DNA of 64,000 bases, from positions 124,001 through 188,000 of the forward strand of contig JACPUC010000006.1 in NCBI GenBank assembly GCA_016192455.1. Reading direction: 5' to 3'. Source of the DNA: Candidatus Tectimicrobiota bacterium (GTDB lineage Bacteria > JACPUC01). The notes beneath the pieces were generated by a model. The model was not told the origin of the DNA and searched no databases. It saw nothing but the letters and a program-made list of their open reading frames with translations. The position numbers and the translations under genes are program-made. Shown here one piece after another: positions 18,880 to 27,786 of the stretch (the stretch's first letter is position 1; every line of letters starts with the position of its first letter).

Positions 18880-20166
18880 ATGGAGGTTCTTTCCAAGCTC
18901 TTAGAGGCCCTCGTGGTGACGCTGCGCGAAGGCGTCGAGGCGGCGCTCGTCATCGGGATCGTGCTCGCCTACCTCGGCAAAACCCAGCAGCGCCACCTCG
19001 ATCGTTTCGTCTACCGCGGCTTGCTGGCCGCCGTTGGGGTGAGCTTCCTGACCGCTCTCTTGCTCTACAAACTCGGCCTGGATGCCGAAAACGAGCTCTT
19101 TGAGGGCATCTTCATGCTGCTCGCCGCGGCGCTGGTGGGGACCTTCCTCATCTGGATGTGGCGGACCAGCGGCACCCTGAAGCAGCGCCTGGAGGCCCGC
19201 CTTGGGCAGGTGACCGCGGCAGGATCGGGAGTCGGGATATTCTGCTTCACCTTCGTGATGGTGCTGCGGGAGGGCATTGAGACGGTGATGTTCCTCCTGG
19301 CGCTCTCCGCGAGCATCGGCGCCAACCCCTTCTACAATCTCCTGGGAGGCAGCCTCGGACTCCTGCTCGCCCTCATTTTCGGCATCCTCTTCGTGAAAGG
19401 GAGTGTGCGCGTCAATCTGAAGAGCTTCTTCGGCGCCACCAGCGTCGTCCTCGCACTGCTCCTCCTGAAGCTCGTGGCCAACGGCCTGCATGAGTTCTTC
19501 GAGGTCGGGGTGCTGCCCTCCACGCCATGGCTCCTTGCGGTGGTCGGATTCCTCACCAAGAAGAGCATCTCGGTCCTCATCCTCATCGCCTTGATCGCCA
19601 TCCCGGCCGCCGTGATGCTGCGCGATGGGCTGCGCAACCAGGCCGCCCTGCCCGATCCCTCCCTCTCGGAGGCGGAGCGGCGCAAGCTGCGCGCGGATGT
19701 CCGCCGCGCGAAACGCTGGACCGCCACCACGGCGGCGCTCGCTCTTGCCGTGAGCACACTGCTCGGCGTGTCGCTCGTGGCCGCGGCGCGCCGCGGTTTT
19801 GACCCGGCCCCGCAGGCCCTCGCCGCGAGCGCAACGATCCGCCTGCCGCTGGCGGAGGCGACGGCGCAGCCGATGCAGAAGTATGCCGTGGACCTCGACG
19901 GCGCCGCCGTCCGCTTCTTCACGGCGGTGAACGGCAAGGGTGGCGTTGCCGTCGCCTTCGACGCCTGCTCGATCTGTCCCGTCAAGGGATACTCCCATCA
20001 AGGCGATCATCTGGTCTGCAACAACTGCGGGGCGCCGATCGCCCTCCACAGCATCGGTGAGCAGGGCGGCTGCAACCCCATTCCCCTGTCCGCGGTGGTG
20101 ACCGAGGACGCCCTGGTGATTCGCGCGGCGGACCTGGCGGCGGAACGGGATCGCTTCCTGCGCTAA
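18880..20166 (+). CDS. FTR1-family iron permease fused to a C-terminal DUF2318 Cys-rich domain
   Basis: Two RExxE motifs (REGVE, REGIE); C-terminal FDACSIC...GY...LVCNNC...GGCNPIP. Confidence 0.88.
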   Translation: MEVLSKLLEALVVTLREGVEAALVIGIVLAYLGKTQQRHLDRFVYRGLLAAVGVSFLTALLLYKLGLDAENELFEGIFMLLAAALVGTFLIWMWRTSGTLKQRLEARLGQVTAAGSGVGIFCFTFVMVLREGIETVMFLLALSASIGANPFYNLLGGSLGLLLALIFGILFVKGSVRVNLKSFFGATSVVLALLLLKLVANGLHEFFEVGVLPSTPWLLAVVGFLTKKSISVLILIALIAIPAAVMLRDGLRNQAALPDPSLSEAERRKLRADVRRAKRWTATTAALALAVSTLLGVSLVAAARRGFDPAPQALAASATIRLPLAEATAQPMQKYAVDLDGAAVRFFTAVNGKGGVAVAFDACSICPVKGYSHQGDHLVCNNCGAPIALHSIGEQGGCNPIPLSAVVTEDALVIRAADLAAERDRFLR

Positions 20167-20208
20167 CCCGGAGCAGTCAAACAGGCGTGGTCAGGAAAGG
20201 GGAGCTCG

Positions 20209-21594
20209 GTGCTCGGTCGTCTCCTCGTGAAGTCGCTCCTGAAGCAGCGCAGCCGGACGCTCCTCGTGCTGCTCTCCGCCGCCACGGCGGCCACGCTGAT
20301 CTCGGCGTTCCTCAGCCTTGCCTTGCAGCTCACGGAGAAGGTGGCGGCAGAGCTGCGCTCCTTCGGTGCCAACATCGTGCTGAGCCCGCGCGCCGAGCCG
20401 CTCGAGGTGGAGATCGGCGGTTTGAAGCACGTCGCCGCGGCGGAGGCGGCCTACCTCGACGCCGCCGACCTGCCGAAGATCAAGGGCATCTTCTGGCGGC
20501 ACAACATTGTCAGCTTCGCGCCGTTCCTCTCGGGCGCGGTGGAGGTGGAGGGGAGGCGGGTCCTCCTCGTTGGCACCTGGTTCCAGCGGCCGGTCGACGT
20601 GCCCGGTGGGGGGAGTCTGCTGATCCGCGGCGGCAGCCAGCGCCGGGCCGTCTCCGAGGAGGCCTTGCGGAAGGCGGCCATGACCGCCCCCAGCGAGGCG
20701 ACGACGTTTCGCGCCGGTGTGCGCACCCTGGCCCCCTGGTGGCAGGTGGAGGGGAGATGGCTCGGCAACGAGGAGGATGCCGTCCTCGTCGGCCGCCTCC
20801 TCAGCCAGCGACTCAATGTCGGCCCCGGCGGCACGCTGCGCCTCACCGCCGAGGGTCGAAGCATGAGCCTGCCGGTGCGCGGCATCGTCGCCACCGGCGG
20901 GCCGGAGGAAGAGCAGCTCTTCGTTCGCCTGGAACTCGCCCAGGCGATCCTGGGGCTCCCCGGCAAGGTGGAGAAGGTCCAGGTCAGCGCTCTGGTCAGC
21001 CCGGACAACGCGCTGGCGGGGCGCGCCGAGCGTATCGGCCCGGAGAAGCTCCCCCAGGAGGAGTACGAGAAGTGGTACTGCACGCCCTACCTCAGCTCCA
21101 TCATCCATCAGCTTGAGGAGGCGCTGCCGGCGGCGAAAGGGAAAGCGATCCGCCGGGTGAGCGAGGCGGAGGCGGGCTTCCTGGGCAAGATGCGGCTGAC
21201 GCTCCTCCTCATCGCCGGCATCGCCTTGGTGGTCGCCGCCCTCGGCGTCATGGCGACGCTCATGACAGCCATCTACGAGCGGCGCGAGGAGTTCGGGCTC
21301 ATGAAGGCGATCGGCGCCAACCGGTCGCAGGTGGGGCTGCTGCTCCTCCTCGAGAGCGGGCTGACGGGCCTGGCGGGCGGGGCGCTCGGTTATGCCGCGG
21401 GCCTCACCTTCACGCGGCTCCTCGCTGCCTCCGTCTTCTCCGCCGCGCCTGCCGCGCCGCCCTCCCTGGCGCTCCAGGGCCTCGTCCTCACCCTCACCCT
21501 CCTCCTCTCGGCGGGGGTGGCGCTCCTGGGGGCGTTGCTGCCGATGCGAGGCGCGATGCGGCTCGATCCGGTTCAGACCCTGCGAGGAGAGTAA
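20209..21594 (+). CDS. MacB/FtsX-type ABC transporter permease
   Basis: ELRSFGANI, large periplasmic loop (contains WYCTPY), ERREEFGLMKAIGA, ends LRGE. Confidence 0.9.
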   Translation: MLGRLLVKSLLKQRSRTLLVLLSAATAATLISAFLSLALQLTEKVAAELRSFGANIVLSPRAEPLEVEIGGLKHVAAAEAAYLDAADLPKIKGIFWRHNIVSFAPFLSGAVEVEGRRVLLVGTWFQRPVDVPGGGSLLIRGGSQRRAVSEEALRKAAMTAPSEATTFRAGVRTLAPWWQVEGRWLGNEEDAVLVGRLLSQRLNVGPGGTLRLTAEGRSMSLPVRGIVATGGPEEEQLFVRLELAQAILGLPGKVEKVQVSALVSPDNALAGRAERIGPEKLPQEEYEKWYCTPYLSSIIHQLEEALPAAKGKAIRRVSEAEAGFLGKMRLTLLLIAGIALVVAALGVMATLMTAIYERREEFGLMKAIGANRSQVGLLLLLESGLTGLAGGALGYAAGLTFTRLLAASVFSAAPAAPPSLALQGLVLTLTLLLSAGVALLGALLPMRGAMRLDPVQTLRGE

Positions 21595-21595
21595 G

Positions 21596-22711
21596 ATGCG
21601 CGGCATGCGCTGGATCATCCTCTGCGGCGCCCTGCGCCATCGCAAGGCGCGGGTCCTCCTCTCGGTGTCTGCCCTCACGCTCGGCGCCGCGCTCATCGTC
21701 ACCACGGTGAACCTGCGGCAAGGCATCCGCGGCAAGCTGGCCGCGGAGCTGCAGAACTACGGCGCCAACCTCCTCGTCACCCCGGCGCCCGGCGCCGCGC
21801 CGCAGCTCGCCGAGGCGCGCCTGGCGGTGCTTGAGGGGGAAGCGACGCGGGGTCGCCTGGTGGGGTACGCGCCGGTCCTCTACGTGAGAGCCAAGGCCGG
21901 CGGTCGCGACGTCGTCGTCGTCGGCACGGACGTCGCCGCCATGCAGCGCATTAGCCCCTGGTGGAAGGTGGCGGGGGCCTGGCCGCGGCGTCCCGACGAA
22001 GCGCTCGTCGGCGCCAACGCCGCGGCGAAGCTGGGACTGCGCGTCGGCGACAGATTTCGCGCGGCGCAGGGCGCAGAGGCGCTCGAGCTCGCCGTAGCCG
22101 GCATCCTGCAGACGGGGGACGCCGAGGAGCACCAGGTCTTCGTGGCGCTGCCGGGCGCCCAGCGTCTTGCCCAGCGCCCCGGGCAGATCACCTCGGTGCT
22201 CCTCCGCAGCCGCGCCGGGGAGGGTCTCGAGGCCCTTGCCGCGGCGCTCCAGGCGGCCTGGCCGGATGCCGTGGTGCGCACCCTGCGCCAGACCGCGCTG
22301 GCGGAAGCAGCGCTGCTCGGCAACCTCGAGCGCTTCCTCCTCGCGGTCAGCCTTCTCGTCCTCTTCGCCGCCGGACTCTGCGCCTTTGCGACGATGAACA
22401 CGGAAGCCCTGGAGCGCAAGGTCGAGATCGCACTCATGCGGGCCCTCGGAGCCGATGGGCGGGAAATCGGCTGGATCTTCACCTGCGAGGCCCTGGGGGT
22501 CGGCCTCCTGGCGGGGCTCCTCGGCTGCGTCCTTGGTATCCTCCTGGCGCTGGTTATCGGCATGAGCGTCTTTCATACCCTCGTCGTGCCGAGTTTCGTC
22601 AGCCTCCCCGCCGGACTCCTGGCGGGCCTGCTCGTGTCGCTCCTGGCAAGCCTGTCGGTTGTCCGCCGCGCGGCGAGCCTGCCCCCGGCGCTGGTACTGC
22701 GCGGCGAGTGA
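21596..22711 (+). CDS. MacB/FtsX-type ABC transporter permease (second)
   Basis: ELQNYGANL, ERKVEIALMRALGA, ends LRGE; ATG 1 nt after the previous stop. Confidence 0.9.
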   Translation: MRGMRWIILCGALRHRKARVLLSVSALTLGAALIVTTVNLRQGIRGKLAAELQNYGANLLVTPAPGAAPQLAEARLAVLEGEATRGRLVGYAPVLYVRAKAGGRDVVVVGTDVAAMQRISPWWKVAGAWPRRPDEALVGANAAAKLGLRVGDRFRAAQGAEALELAVAGILQTGDAEEHQVFVALPGAQRLAQRPGQITSVLLRSRAGEGLEALAAALQAAWPDAVVRTLRQTALAEAALLGNLERFLLAVSLLVLFAAGLCAFATMNTEALERKVEIALMRALGADGREIGWIFTCEALGVGLLAGLLGCVLGILLALVIGMSVFHTLVVPSFVSLPAGLLAGLLVSLLASLSVVRRAASLPPALVLRGE

Positions 22712-22778
22712 GCGCTACCACGTCGACAAGGGGACACGTCACCCCGATGCCGCTTCACTCTCGCTCGAGGGATTGATC

Positions 22779-23519
22779 ATGGCGCCCTTGATTCACCTGC
22801 ATGAGTTGACGAAGGACTACCCGAACGGCGTGCGCTCCCTCGATCGCATCAGCGTGGAGATCGAACGGGGCGAGTGGGTTGCCGTGATGGGAGCCTCAGG
22901 CTCGGGGAAGACCACCCTCCTGAACATGATCGCCGCCCTCGACCGGCCCACCGCGGGCTCGCTCCGGATCGACGGCATCGACCTCGTCAGTCTTGGAGAG
23001 GAGGATCGCACGCGTTTCCGGCGCGAGAAGGTGGGCCTCGTCTTCCAGCAGTTCTACCTCATCCCTTACCTGAGCGCCGTCGAGAACGTCATGCTGGCGC
23101 AGTACTTCCACAGCATGGCCGACCGCGACGAAGCCGCCCGGGCGCTCCATCAGGTGGGGCTGGGAGAGCGGCTCCACCACCTGCCGGCGCAGCTCTCCGG
23201 TGGTGAGCAGCAGCGCGTCTGCCTGGCGCGGGCGCTGATCAACGACCCCGCCATCATCCTCGCCGACGAGCCGACGGGGAATCTCGACGCGCAGAACGAG
23301 GTGCTGGTGATGGAGCTCTTTCAGGCCCTGCACGCCGCCGGCCACACCCTCCTCATCGTCACCCACGATGCGCACATCGGCGCCCGGGCGGACCGCATCG
23401 TCCAGCTCGAACACGGGCGCGTCGTTCCCGCCGGAGCAGAGCCTGCCGCTCCTCTGATGGGGAATGGCGACGCCGGGGCCGCCCGCCGACAGGTGGCCTG
23501 GACGCCGGGCGGGGCCTGA
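22779..23519 (+). CDS. ABC transporter ATP-binding protein (LolD/MacB type)
   Basis: [32 protein letters not shown]. Confidence 0.95.
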   Translation: MAPLIHLHELTKDYPNGVRSLDRISVEIERGEWVAVMGASGSGKTTLLNMIAALDRPTAGSLRIDGIDLVSLGEEDRTRFRREKVGLVFQQFYLIPYLSAVENVMLAQYFHSMADRDEAARALHQVGLGERLHHLPAQLSGGEQQRVCLARALINDPAIILADEPTGNLDAQNEVLVMELFQALHAAGHTLLIVTHDAHIGARADRIVQLEHGRVVPAGAEPAAPLMGNGDAGAARRQVAWTPGGA

Positions 23520-23602
23520 GGGGGAGGTCGCCCCTCGCGCCGGCGCGGCGCCGACTCCCGGCCGTGACGGTGGTCGGGCCGGGCCTGTCACGCAGACGCT
23601 GC

Positions 23603-23631
23603 TTGACAGGAGGGGGGAGGGCGCCTATATT
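23603..23631 (+). promoter_or_regulatory. Sigma70 promoter of the apbE operon
   Basis: TTGACA (23603-23608), 17 nt spacer, TATATT (23626-23631). Confidence 0.8.
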
Positions 23632-23633
23632 TT

Positions 23634-23652
23634 GAGATTGAAACTCATTCTC
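23634..23652 (+). promoter_or_regulatory. Fur-like box over the predicted transcription start
   Basis: GAGATTGAAACTCATTCTC, 14/19 match to the Fur consensus; shares TCATTCTCA with the site at 18763. Confidence 0.75.
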
Positions 23653-23686
23653 ATTTATCCTAACGACGTTGCAGGTCGATCGCCGC

Positions 23687-24778
23687 ATGCTCTCCCGACG
23701 CCGCTTTCTCCGTAGCACCCTGGGCGCCCTTGCCGGACTGCTCGTCCTCCAGCGTCCCGCTCATACCTCAGCGCTGCGGCGCTACCGCGCCCTGCCCATG
23801 CTCGGCACGCTCGTCGAGGTGAGCATCTCGGCGTCGCCGGAGACCGCCGCCCCACCGCCGCGCCAGGCCGTCTCGCCCAGCGAGGCATGCTTCCGCACCG
23901 CGTTCGCCGCCGTGCGGCAGGTCGACCACCGCATGAGCGTCTTCCAGGCCGCCAGCGACGTGAGCCGGGTCAACGCCGCCGCCGGCTCCGGCGCCGTGCC
24001 GATTGGCGCCGACACCGCCCTTGTCCTCACGACGGCGGGGCACATCGCCAGGCAGAGCGGCGGCGCCCTCGATGTCACGCTGGGCCGCCTGAGCGCCTGG
24101 CAGCGCCGCAGCGGAGCGTTCGTCCTGCCCCATCGCCTCATTGATGCCGCGCTTGCGGCTGGAGGCATGGCTGCCCTGCACCTCGGGGCCGGAGGCAGGC
24201 TCGCCCGGCTCGCCACGCCGCAGGCGCAGCTCGATCTCGGCGCGATCGCCAAGGGCTACGCGGTGGATGCGGCACTCACGGCGCTGCGGCGGGATAGGGA
24301 TGTGACAGCGGCGCTGGTCAACGCGGGAGGCGATCTCCGGGCCTGGGGAGAACCGCCGGGCGCGGCCGCCTGGCGGATCGGCGTGCGGCACCCGCTGGAG
24401 CCGCGCCGCCTGCTCCTCGTCCTCCTTCTCGAGGAAGGCGCGGTGGCCACCTCCGGGAACGACCTCGAGGGCTACGGGGAGGGGCAGGCTCGCGCCGCGT
24501 CGGGCCTGGTGCTCGATCCCCGCAGCGGCGCCGCGACGCCGCGGGATCTCACCGCCACGGTGCTCGCCGGCTCCGCCATGGAGGCCGATGCGCACGCCAC
24601 GGCGGCGCTGGTCCTCGGCCCCGAGGAGGGCCTCCCCTACCTTGCCAGGGTGGGGGCGGAAGGGCTCTTCGCGCGCGGCGTCGAGCGCAAGTCCGGCCCG
24701 CGCCTCCTGGTGCTCTGCGGGGAGCGCACCCGGAGCCGCATCGTGTGGCTGGCGGAGGAGGCGGAGATCGTCTCGTAA
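23687..24778 (+). CDS. apbE: FAD:protein FMN transferase with Tat signal peptide
   Basis: MLSRRRFL twin-arginine signal; MLGT, S.VSRVN, GALDVT, LDLGAIAKGYAVD, NAGGD, ATSG, ADAHATA. Confidence 0.92.
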   Translation: MLSRRRFLRSTLGALAGLLVLQRPAHTSALRRYRALPMLGTLVEVSISASPETAAPPPRQAVSPSEACFRTAFAAVRQVDHRMSVFQAASDVSRVNAAAGSGAVPIGADTALVLTTAGHIARQSGGALDVTLGRLSAWQRRSGAFVLPHRLIDAALAAGGMAALHLGAGGRLARLATPQAQLDLGAIAKGYAVDAALTALRRDRDVTAALVNAGGDLRAWGEPPGAAAWRIGVRHPLEPRRLLLVLLLEEGAVATSGNDLEGYGEGQARAASGLVLDPRSGAATPRDLTATVLAGSAMEADAHATAALVLGPEEGLPYLARVGAEGLFARGVERKSGPRLLVLCGERTRSRIVWLAEEAEIVS

Positions 24779-25034
24779 GGAAGGTCAGCGCCCCGCCGGC
24801 CGAGCCTGCGGGGCGCCACCACGAGCAGCATGCCAGGGGACAACGGGGACGCGGCTGGCCAGAGCACGACCCCCGTCGCCCCTGGGGGTGGTTCCGACTG
24901 CAGAGCTCCCATGGAGTGCAGCAACGGAACCCCTGCGTGTTCCTCTCGATCTCTCTACCACAGGGGTGAAGAGAGGTAAACCTTGCGCGCCATGCTCTCC
25001 TGTCTTGTTCCTTGCTGGCATGGAGGTGTCGAAG

Positions 25035-26462
25035 GTGCATCCTCTCTCCGACCGAGTGCATCGTCTCAGAGTCGGCATGTGGTGGGCGGCGTTCCTGGGC
25101 GCGTGGTTTCTGCTGCTCCTGGCGCTGGCGGACGTCACGGCGCAGGAGCGCCCGGCGGCCGGCGGCGCTTCGCCCGCGGAGGTCCGCATGCAGCAGCTTG
25201 AAGCGGAGATGCGGGCCCTGACGAAGGAGCTCGCCGCCATGCGCGAGCAGTTCAAAGGCGACGGGCGGCTGGCCGAGGTGGATCGCAAGATCGAGGTGCT
25301 GGCCGGTGAGCTGGAGAGCCTGCGCACCCAGCTCACCGTGCCGGCGAAGAAGGAGCTGAAGAGCCAGTTCGGCCTGGGGCCGGCGGCCTCGTCGGTCTAC
25401 CAGCTCACCCAGGGGCTCTCCATCGGCGGCTACGGCGAGGCGAGCTACCGCAGCTTCTTCGATCCCGACGATCCCCCTGCCAAGGTGGACTTGACGCGGG
25501 CAGTCCTCTACTTCGGTTACAAATTCTCCGACCGTATCGTCTTCAACTCTGAGATCGAGTTCGAGCATGCCACCACGGGTTCGACGGTGAGCGCCGGGAG
25601 CGGCGAGGCCTCCGTAGAGTTCGCGGCGCTGGACTTCTTCCTGAGGCCGGAGATCAACGCGCGCGCCGGTCTGCTCCTCGTTCCCATGGGGTTCCTCAAT
25701 GAGACGCACGAGCCGCCGTTCTACCATGGCGTGCAGCGGCCCGAGGTGGAGCGCCAGATCATCCCCTCCACCTGGCGCGAGAACGGCTTCGGCATCTTCG
25801 GCAATCTCGGCGACAAGGTGAGCTATCGCACCTACCTCATCAACAGCGTGAACGCCAAGGGATTCCGCGCCTCCGACTTGCGCAACGTCCGGCAGAAAGG
25901 GAACGAGGCGCTGGCCGAAGACTTCGCCTGGGTCGGGCGCCTCGACGTGAAACCGATCCCGGAGCTCCTCCTTGGCGGCTCCTTCTTCCTGGGCGATACC
26001 GGCCAGGACCAGACGTTCGCCGGACGCAAGGTGGACGCCTTCACCGCGCTCGGCTCGCTGCACGCCCAGCTTCGCTATCGTGGAATGGAGCTGCGGGGCC
26101 TAGGGGTGTGGGGGTCCATCGACGACGCCGAGGCGCTGAGCGCCGATCCGGCCATTCGCGGCCCCATCAGCGAGGAGGTCTGGGGCGCCTACGGCGAGAT
26201 CGCCTACGACCTCATGCGCCTCATCAAGCCCGAGTCGCAGCAGTCGCTCACGCCCTTCTATCGCTTCGAGCGCTGGAACACCCAGGATGACGTGCCGCGC
26301 GGCTTCGTCGCCGACCTGCGGCGCGATGTCACCCTCAACACCTTGGGCCTCGACTACAAGCCCCACCCGAACGTGGTCTTGAAGAGCGAGTTCCGCTTCT
26401 TCGAGCAGGAGCGGGGCGAACGGTCCGACGAGTTTGCCTTAGGCATCGGCTATGTCTTTTGA
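25035..26462 (+). CDS. Outer-membrane beta-barrel porin with N-terminal coiled coil
   Basis: Signal peptide (..ADVTA/QE), coiled coil, IGGYGE, SEIEFEH, C-terminal GIGYVF beta signal; GTG start 8 nt after GGAGG (alternative ATG at 25020). Confidence 0.8.
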   Translation: MHPLSDRVHRLRVGMWWAAFLGAWFLLLLALADVTAQERPAAGGASPAEVRMQQLEAEMRALTKELAAMREQFKGDGRLAEVDRKIEVLAGELESLRTQLTVPAKKELKSQFGLGPAASSVYQLTQGLSIGGYGEASYRSFFDPDDPPAKVDLTRAVLYFGYKFSDRIVFNSEIEFEHATTGSTVSAGSGEASVEFAALDFFLRPEINARAGLLLVPMGFLNETHEPPFYHGVQRPEVERQIIPSTWRENGFGIFGNLGDKVSYRTYLINSVNAKGFRASDLRNVRQKGNEALAEDFAWVGRLDVKPIPELLLGGSFFLGDTGQDQTFAGRKVDAFTALGSLHAQLRYRGMELRGLGVWGSIDDAEALSADPAIRGPISEEVWGAYGEIAYDLMRLIKPESQQSLTPFYRFERWNTQDDVPRGFVADLRRDVTLNTLGLDYKPHPNVVLKSEFRFFEQERGERSDEFALGIGYVF

Positions 26463-27079
26463 TGAAGGAACGGCTTTCGATGCGGCAACGCTTCGTGGTG
26501 GGTCGTAGCGGCTGGGGCCGCGGCGCGGGTCTCGGGTTCGCGGCGCTCTGCCTCGGCTTCTGGAGTCTTGGCCTCTGGGGCTGGGGAGGTCCGGCCGCGC
26601 AGGCGCGGGTCTTCTTCAGCATCGAGGAGGGGCTGCAGCAAGCCTTTCCCGAGGCGACACGCTTCAGCAGCCGCACCTTCATCCCCACGCCGGAGCAGCA
26701 GGCCGCCCTGGAGAAACGCGCCGCGGCGGCCTTCTCGCGCCAGCTCCTGAAGGTCTGGATGGCGCACGCCGGGGAGCGGCTCCTCGGCTACGCCAGCATT
26801 GACATCCACACCGTGCGCACGCTCCCCGAAGCGGTTCTCATTGCGCTCACGCCGCAGGGGAGCGTGCGCACCGTCATCATTCTGGCGTTCCATGAGCCGT
26901 CCGAGTACCAGCCGCCGGGGCGGTGGCTCGAACTCTTCCAGGAGAAGCGTCTTGCCCCCACCCTGGCGTTCGGGCGGGATATCGCCGGCATCACCGGCTC
27001 GACGTTGAGCTCCCGCGCCATCACGAGTTCGGTGCGCCGGGCGCTCGCTGTGTACGAGGTTTTTCTGCGAGGATCGTAA
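26462..27079 (+). CDS. FMN-binding (flavinylated) periplasmic protein
   Basis: Signal peptide; HEP..Y.P...WL..F; DIAGITGSTLSSRAI resembles the ApbE target motif; TGATG overlap with the porin. Confidence 0.82.
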   Translation: MKERLSMRQRFVVGRSGWGRGAGLGFAALCLGFWSLGLWGWGGPAAQARVFFSIEEGLQQAFPEATRFSSRTFIPTPEQQAALEKRAAAAFSRQLLKVWMAHAGERLLGYASIDIHTVRTLPEAVLIALTPQGSVRTVIILAFHEPSEYQPPGRWLELFQEKRLAPTLAFGRDIAGITGSTLSSRAITSSVRRALAVYEVFLRGS

Positions 27080-27080
27080 C

Positions 27081-27596
27081 ATGCGCTTCGTGGTGACCGG
27101 CGAGTGGCGCGCCAATACGTTGCTCCGCCTCATCCTTCTCCTCTTCCTGCTCTTCGTCGCCCTCCTCTGGCTGACGAACGCGCTCCTCTTCTTCTCCAAG
27201 ATGAGCCTCTCGCCAGCATCCATCGTGGAGTTCTACCGTGGCTCCGAGGCGCGCTTCCTGACCCCCCGCAGCTACCAGGGGCTGCTCGAGATGAGCCACT
27301 TCCACCTCTTCGCCATGGGCATCCTGCTCATGACCATGGCGCACCTGCTGCTCTTCGCGCGCCTCTCGAACCGCGTCAAGGCGTGGACGATCCTCATCTC
27401 CTTCCTGGGGGCCCTCGCCGATGAAGGGGGCGGCTGGCTCGTGCGCTTCGCGCATCCCGGTTTCGCCTCCCTGAAGCTGGCGGGGTTCGTCGCCTTGCAG
27501 CTTGGCCTGGGCGTTATGATCATCGCCTGCGCCCTGGCGGCGGCCTACCCGCAGACGCTGGCCTCGCGCGCCTCGGGGATCATTTCCTCGACGTAG
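27081..27596 (+). CDS. Small 4-TM membrane protein with His residues, candidate heme b protein
   Basis: Hydrophobic helices; SHFHLFAMGILLMTMAH places two His 13 residues apart in one helix; 1 nt after the upstream stop. Confidence 0.72.
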   Translation: MRFVVTGEWRANTLLRLILLLFLLFVALLWLTNALLFFSKMSLSPASIVEFYRGSEARFLTPRSYQGLLEMSHFHLFAMGILLMTMAHLLLFARLSNRVKAWTILISFLGALADEGGGWLVRFAHPGFASLKLAGFVALQLGLGVMIIACALAAAYPQTLASRASGIISST

Positions 27597-27786
27597 GGAG
27601 CCCATTCCTCTTCAGGCTGGCAGCCCCGGAGAGCGCCCGCGAGGGCGCGCCGCCGTGGCGACGCGAAGAGGCTGGGACGACGCTTCGGCTCCACCGCGCG
27701 GTGGGCCAGGGGGGCAATTCCTCCCACCTGAGGGAAGACTGAACGCCAACATGGGCAACGAGCCCAGTCCAGAGAAGGAAGCCTCG

